NCBI GenBank assembly: GCA_002457145.1
Contig: NTJP01000002.1
Span: 33,583 to 97,582 of the forward strand
Origin: Marine Group II euryarchaeote MED-G38
GTDB taxonomy: Archaea > Thermoplasmatota > Poseidoniia > Poseidoniales > Thalassarchaeaceae
Length of the DNA stretch: 64,000 bases
Direction of reading: 5' to 3'
Part shown: in pieces, positions 59,511 through 64,000 of the stretch
Layout of the letters: each line of letters starts with the position of its first letter
Position numbering within the stretch: the stretch's first letter is position 1
Translations under genes and position numbers: made by a program
Notes under the pieces: generated by a model
Told to the model about the DNA's origin: nothing
The model's database searches: none
What the model saw: only the letters and a program-made list of their open reading frames with translations

Positions 59511-60371
59511 ATGTCCTCTTGGCCCGAGCTTGAATCAATGCCCAATAATTTGGTAAACTATGGAGTAACTGATAATGGAATAGCCATAATTGAACTTATT
59601 TCGGATACTGATGGAAAACCTCTCTCTGAAGGTCGAACATCCGTCAATACCTACACTAGAGAAATGTGGGAAGACATCGATCAAGCAATTCTCAATGCTC
59701 GCTTCGATGGCGATGTTTCAGTTATACTTTTGATTGGGCATGGTGAAAAATTCTTTTCAGCAGGAGCAAGTATAAACTATCTAAACACATTGTCACCAAG
59801 ATATAAATATTTTTTCTGCCTTCATGCCAATGAAACACTTTCAAGATTGGAACAAACGCCCAAATTAGTCATAGCAGCTCTAAATGGGCATACTGTAGGA
59901 GGAGGCTTAGAAATAGCAATGGCAGCAGATATTAGGATCGCTCATAAAGGAAATTTTCAAATTGGATTACCAGAAGTTTCTCTTGGTGTTTTAGCAGGTA
60001 CTGGAGGGACTGCTAGACTTGCTCGTTTAGTAGGTAAAGCTAGAGCAATGGAAATAATGGTCACAGGACGCAAATTCTCCTTCGAAGAAGCAAGGGATAT
60101 GGATTTAATTCATGATATTTATGATAGTGTAGGTTTGGATGATTTTAGAACAGATGTATTAGATTATGCAGGACAATTCACTCTACCCTTAGCAGCTGCA
60201 AAGGCAATAGGTAATATTAAACGCAGCGTCCAAAGTGGTATTGAGATACCATTGGAATATCATTTGGCTCTAGAAAGAGAATTACAATCAGACTTGTTTC
60301 AATCCGAAGACGCAAAAGAAGGAATCGCATCTTACGTTGAAAGAAGAACTCCTAGATTCAAAGGTAAGTAA
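59511..60371 (+). CDS. Enoyl-CoA hydratase/crotonase, candidate BoxC-like ring-opening enzyme; probable start 59511
   Basis: FFSAGA.I..L, FCLHANET and GGGLE...GLPEV.LGV..GTGG; directly upstream of boxB. Confidence 0.85.
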   Translation: MSSWPELESMPNNLVNYGVTDNGIAIIELISDTDGKPLSEGRTSVNTYTREMWEDIDQAILNARFDGDVSVILLIGHGEKFFSAGASINYLNTLSPRYKYFFCLHANETLSRLEQTPKLVIAALNGHTVGGGLEIAMAADIRIAHKGNFQIGLPEVSLGVLAGTGGTARLARLVGKARAMEIMVTGRKFSFEEARDMDLIHDIYDSVGLDDFRTDVLDYAGQFTLPLAAAKAIGNIKRSVQSGIEIPLEYHLALERELQSDLFQSEDAKEGIASYVERRTPRFKGK

Positions 60372-60433
60372 TTTTTTTAATATTGTTATTTTTAGATACA
60401 TTTATTCATATACTAATTGTGTATCGGCATTTT

Positions 60434-61576
60434 ATGGCAGATACAGAGATAGTAGAGAAATATGCTCCCAACTTTGAGGCTTGGGTTCAAGATTTCACAG
60501 AATGGCAAACAAGAATCGGTTTTGACCCTTCATGGTTAGGAGATTATAGATTCGATATTAAATTTGATTGGGATACCGCAGGAGATGTAATTGAGTTCGG
60601 TGATTTCGAAGGAATGCCAAAATGGGAAAGGCGAATGCAGATACCTCAACAAAATATTAGAGATGCCATAATCAGTATGATTAGTGTACAAGGAGATACC
60701 GAATTCGCGAGCGTTGAGCAGCAAAATCACTTACTCGCCACAGCCCCTACTGAATATGACATGAAATCTGCTTTGAGAATAATGTGCGAAGAACAAAGAC
60801 ATGGTTGGCAAATGGCGTATGTTTTGTGTACATATTTTGGTGAGCAAGGCGTCAGAGAAGCAGCAAAATTACTAGAAAGAAATGCCCAAGATGGAACAAG
60901 GATTTTAGGTTCATTCAACGCCCCAATCGATCATTGGCTAGATTTTTTCTGCTTCACACATTTTATAGATAGAGATGGAAAATATCAATTGAAAATGTTG
61001 AGTACCTCTTCATTCAAACCACTTGCAGCGTCTATGGGGCCTATGTTAAAAGAAGAATCATTCCACCTCGGGACTGGTGCTAATGGACTCAGGAGAATAG
61101 TTAAACAAGGCGTAATCCCTTGTGAATTACTACAAAAATATCTGAATAAATGGATCAGTACAGGTTTAGATTTGTTCGGAACTGATGATTCGACGAGCGC
61201 TCAATGGGCTTATGTTTACGGTGTTAAAGGCCGATATGACGAAAGAGAGAGCGATGTCGAAGCCGACAGAGCCCATTTAAATGAAGCAAGTAGAGAACTA
61301 TATTTTCAAGAATTAAGAGCAGAGATGAGAAGGATAAGTGCTGTTAGAAAAGAAGGAGAACCTGATTTATTTATACCATCAGACAAGTTTAATCGTGGCA
61401 TAGGAATGCATGCAGGAGAAAATTATACAATTGTTGGTGATAAATTCGAAGGAACAGATGAAGAATATCAAGACTATCTCGCAAGTGTACTTCCGACCGA
61501 TGAGGATGAAGATAAATTAATTAATGATTATATGAAAAAAGATTGGATTCAATATCGAGAATGGAAAGGAAAATGA
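60434..61576 (+). CDS. boxB: Benzoyl-CoA 2,3-epoxidase subunit B-like di-iron oxygenase; probable start 60434
   Basis: QGDTE.ASVEQQ, EE.RH, DRDGKYQL and EE.FH di-iron ligand motifs typical of BoxB. Confidence 0.82.
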   Translation: MADTEIVEKYAPNFEAWVQDFTEWQTRIGFDPSWLGDYRFDIKFDWDTAGDVIEFGDFEGMPKWERRMQIPQQNIRDAIISMISVQGDTEFASVEQQNHLLATAPTEYDMKSALRIMCEEQRHGWQMAYVLCTYFGEQGVREAAKLLERNAQDGTRILGSFNAPIDHWLDFFCFTHFIDRDGKYQLKMLSTSSFKPLAASMGPMLKEESFHLGTGANGLRRIVKQGVIPCELLQKYLNKWISTGLDLFGTDDSTSAQWAYVYGVKGRYDERESDVEADRAHLNEASRELYFQELRAEMRRISAVRKEGEPDLFIPSDKFNRGIGMHAGENYTIVGDKFEGTDEEYQDYLASVLPTDEDEDKLINDYMKKDWIQYREWKGK

Positions 61577-61592
61577 TTAGGAAGGTATAAAC

Positions 61593-62156
61593 ATGCAACA
61601 TTTATCTCTTCTTGCTTTTAATAAAAAGAAATGCGAACCATTTTTTGATAGATTGACTGAATTATTTTATTCACATCACCATTCTGATGCACAAAAACCA
61701 GATGAATATGAGCGTTTACTGTACATGGTGAAAAGACCATATGATGAGAATATGTTAGATATGGTCGACGAGTGGATGGGACTCGGACCGAGAGGTTGGA
61801 AGGAAGAAACAACACGTGAAATTAAATTAGCCCTATATGCTATCAAATATCCAGACACACTGTTATTAGACAGTTTTACAGAAAAAGCTAGGTCCGATTT
61901 AACAAGACTATCTTCCTATCTCCATTTCACTCATCATACCTATGCAATTTGGGATGAAGATACTAGAAAAGGGTTGTCTAAGTTAGGAATCAATATACCA
62001 GCTACAGAAGTTGCAGATCCATTTATCTATGGCGCGTATGTTAGTGCGATAGAACTTCTGAAAGATGTCGCACCATTTACTTGTTTCCTGGAGCATGATG
62101 TTCCTCGCCAAAGATTATTTCAAGCCGCACTAGCATCATTCGGACGTGAAGATTGA
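61593..62156 (+). CDS. Hypothetical protein
   Basis: 187-aa ORF with S.YLHF....YAIWD....L..LG motif; co-oriented within the box cluster. Confidence 0.65.
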   Translation: MQHLSLLAFNKKKCEPFFDRLTELFYSHHHSDAQKPDEYERLLYMVKRPYDENMLDMVDEWMGLGPRGWKEETTREIKLALYAIKYPDTLLLDSFTEKARSDLTRLSSYLHFTHHTYAIWDEDTRKGLSKLGINIPATEVADPFIYGAYVSAIELLKDVAPFTCFLEHDVPRQRLFQAALASFGRED

Positions 62157-62191
62157 GAAAATCCTATTGACTAGTATACAAACCACTCTAC

Positions 62192-63076
62192 ATGGATATC
62201 AACAATGTTGCAGTGATAGGGGCCGGTACGATGGGGGCGGGAATAGCCCAAATATGCGCCCAAAGAGGTTGGAATACTAGACTTTTTGATACATACGAAT
62301 CAAGTCTAAAAAATGCTATTATTAATATAAATACATTCTGGAATAAGGGTGTTTCATTAGGTAAAAATGACAAAGAACAGGTTAATAAATGGTCTAATAA
62401 TTTAGAAATCTATACAGATATCTCTAAAGCGGTTTTTGCGGCTGACTTAGTAATTGAAGCGGTACCAGAGAAAATGAGTTTAAAAAAAGAAATATTTTTA
62501 AAATTAGATAAATTAACCACAGCAGAAACATTATTGGCAACCAACACGTCTAGTTTATCTATTTCGGAAATTGCAAATGTAACAAATAATCCTGGAAGAG
62601 TTATTGGTATGCATTTCTTTAATCCTGTCCCTATAATGAAATTATTAGAAATAATTAGGCATGATAAATGTACCGAAAAAACAATACGTGCTGCAGAATC
62701 AATAGGATCTGAACTAGGTAAAACTACAATCCTTGTCAATGATTTTCCAGGTTTTGCTACTAGTAGATTAGGGGTCGTATTAGGTAATGAAGCAATAAGA
62801 ATGCTATCCGAGGGGGTGGCTTCGGCCAGTGATATAGATACTGCTATGATGCTCGGTTATAAACATCCAATCGGGCCCTTAGAATTGACAGATTTGGTAG
62901 GTTTGGATGTCAGAAGGGATATTCTAAATAACCTTGCAGAATCTTTAGCTGATGACTCTTATTTACCACACCCTCTTCTTAATAAATTAGTTAATGATGG
63001 AGAACTTGGTAGCAAGACAAGTATGGGGATATATGATTGGTCTAATGGTGTAAAATCTGATCGTAACGATTTATGA
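62192..63076 (+). CDS. 3-hydroxyacyl-CoA dehydrogenase (PaaH/Hbd-like)
   Basis: GAGTMG, EAVPE, TNTSS, GMHFFNP and P.GPLEL.D.VGLD. Confidence 0.95.
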   Translation: MDINNVAVIGAGTMGAGIAQICAQRGWNTRLFDTYESSLKNAIININTFWNKGVSLGKNDKEQVNKWSNNLEIYTDISKAVFAADLVIEAVPEKMSLKKEIFLKLDKLTTAETLLATNTSSLSISEIANVTNNPGRVIGMHFFNPVPIMKLLEIIRHDKCTEKTIRAAESIGSELGKTTILVNDFPGFATSRLGVVLGNEAIRMLSEGVASASDIDTAMMLGYKHPIGPLELTDLVGLDVRRDILNNLAESLADDSYLPHPLLNKLVNDGELGSKTSMGIYDWSNGVKSDRNDL

Positions 63077-63087
63077 GGTGATTTTTC

Positions 63088-63363
63088 CTGACTCTAGCTG
63101 TAGAATTAATAGGCTTGTTAGCCGGTTTTTTAGGAGTAATTGCATGGATCCCGCAAATTCGGGAAGTATGGATTGAAAAATCTCATCAAGGTATCTCACT
63201 TCCTACTTTTTTCCTTGTAGCCTCTGCACTAATATTATGGTTGATATATGGAATATTAATCATGTCATATTCCATAATAATAGCCAATATAGCAGCTTTA
63301 ATATGTATATTAATGGTAATATCGGGAGTTTTGAAGATAAGAAATCTTGAAAAACAAACTTAA
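63088..63363 (+). CDS. SemiSWEET/PQ-loop family transporter; start uncertain (CTG 63088 or TTG 63115)
   Basis: AWIPQ PQ motif, GIS, LWLIYG and IIIAN; three TM helices. Confidence 0.85.
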   Translation: MTLAVELIGLLAGFLGVIAWIPQIREVWIEKSHQGISLPTFFLVASALILWLIYGILIMSYSIIIANIAALICILMVISGVLKIRNLEKQT

Positions 63364-64000
63364 ATATTTGTTAATATTCTATGGAAATGATGAACTCCTT
63401 TTTCCATACTAGGAGAATATCTTCCTCGAATATATGAAGAACTACTCATCCCTATCTGTACCGCCTCTACAATATTTCGATCCTCTTTCTCGACTTTATC
63501 TAAATCTCCTCCTGCTCCCTCCTCAATTAATGATGGATTATCAATATACCTTTGGTAAATTATTTTAGTCCTATCTACTGATATAGGAATCACCAAATTT
63601 ACAGATAATCCCCAAGGATAGAAGTTAAGCATCAAACCAGGAAATATCCAAAAATAATACGCTGCTATTCTTTTTCCAAAATCTTTTGAATTTTCTGGTA
63701 TTTGGAAAGCATTTTCTCCCTCTTTAGCAATGCCTATTTGTAATACTCCTCCTTCAAATATTTCAGTTTCATAATCTTCATAACTCAGTATTTCATTCAA
63801 ATCCGAATGAACATATGGTATGTGAAAACCCTCGAGATAATTATCAACATATAAGGCCCAATTAGCTTTAACATCATATTTTTTATAATAATTAGTGTCA
63901 TGGGTAAAATCTTCTATTCTCATCCATCCTATTCTATCTTCTAAAACCTTAATCCAACTGGGTAATTTAGTTTTTTTTGTAGATGTAAATATTAGTCCCT
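63360..64000 (-). CDS. Rieske aromatic-ring-hydroxylating oxygenase alpha subunit (choline monooxygenase-like), catalytic domain, 5'-truncated
   Basis: NW..YVDNYLEGFHIPYVH, ED..IVE.VQ.G and E.GVHHFH; the frame stays open from 63923 to the window end. Confidence 0.9.
   Translation of the reverse strand, partial: GLIFTSTKKTKLPSWIKVLEDRIGWMRIEDFTHDTNYYKKYDVKANWALYVDNYLEGFHIPYVHSDLNEILSYEDYETEIFEGGVLQIGIAKEGENAFQIPENSKDFGKRIAAYYFWIFPGLMLNFYPWGLSVNLVIPISVDRTKIIYQRYIDNPSLIEEGAGGDLDKVEKEDRNIVEAVQIGMSSSSYIRGRYSPSMEKGVHHFHRILTNI

Noticed and set aside
675-62739. Numerous short antisense or alternate-frame ORFs in the track (e.g. 8212-8673, 10319-10849, 52326-52835, 56244-56744)
   Set aside because: They are shadows of well-supported genes and have no motifs of their own.

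Overview
AT-rich (roughly one-third GC by eye), densely coding archaeal core-genome segment. Gene content (A/V-type ATP synthase operon, RPA, PCNA, Cdc6/Orc1, TFS, fibrillarin/Nop5, GatD, pelota, CoaD-DUF359 fusion, DUF3860-like proteins, several bacterial-type metabolic genes) suggests Marine Group II / Ca. Poseidoniales; this is inferred, not confirmed by a search. It holds about 62 CDS and two CCA-encoding tRNAs (Phe-GAA, Gly-TCC), with no CRISPR array, integrase or transposase. Main highlight: an unannotated ~270-nt RNA on the minus strand (51464-51733) with four tandem H/ACA-type hairpins (P1 stem, guide pocket, P2 stem, K-turn, ACA/ANA tail), whose pockets match recalled 23S rRNA helix 69 and peptidyl-transferase-centre sequences. 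Also notable: a highly diverged TBP paralog, a recurring non-canonical TT(G/C)AA box 28-30 nt upstream of starts, a BoxB-centred aromatic acyl-CoA cluster, a wHTH/DUF3860 locus around a repeat-rich AT spacer, a triple-SAP protein, and several apparent pseudo-enzymes.
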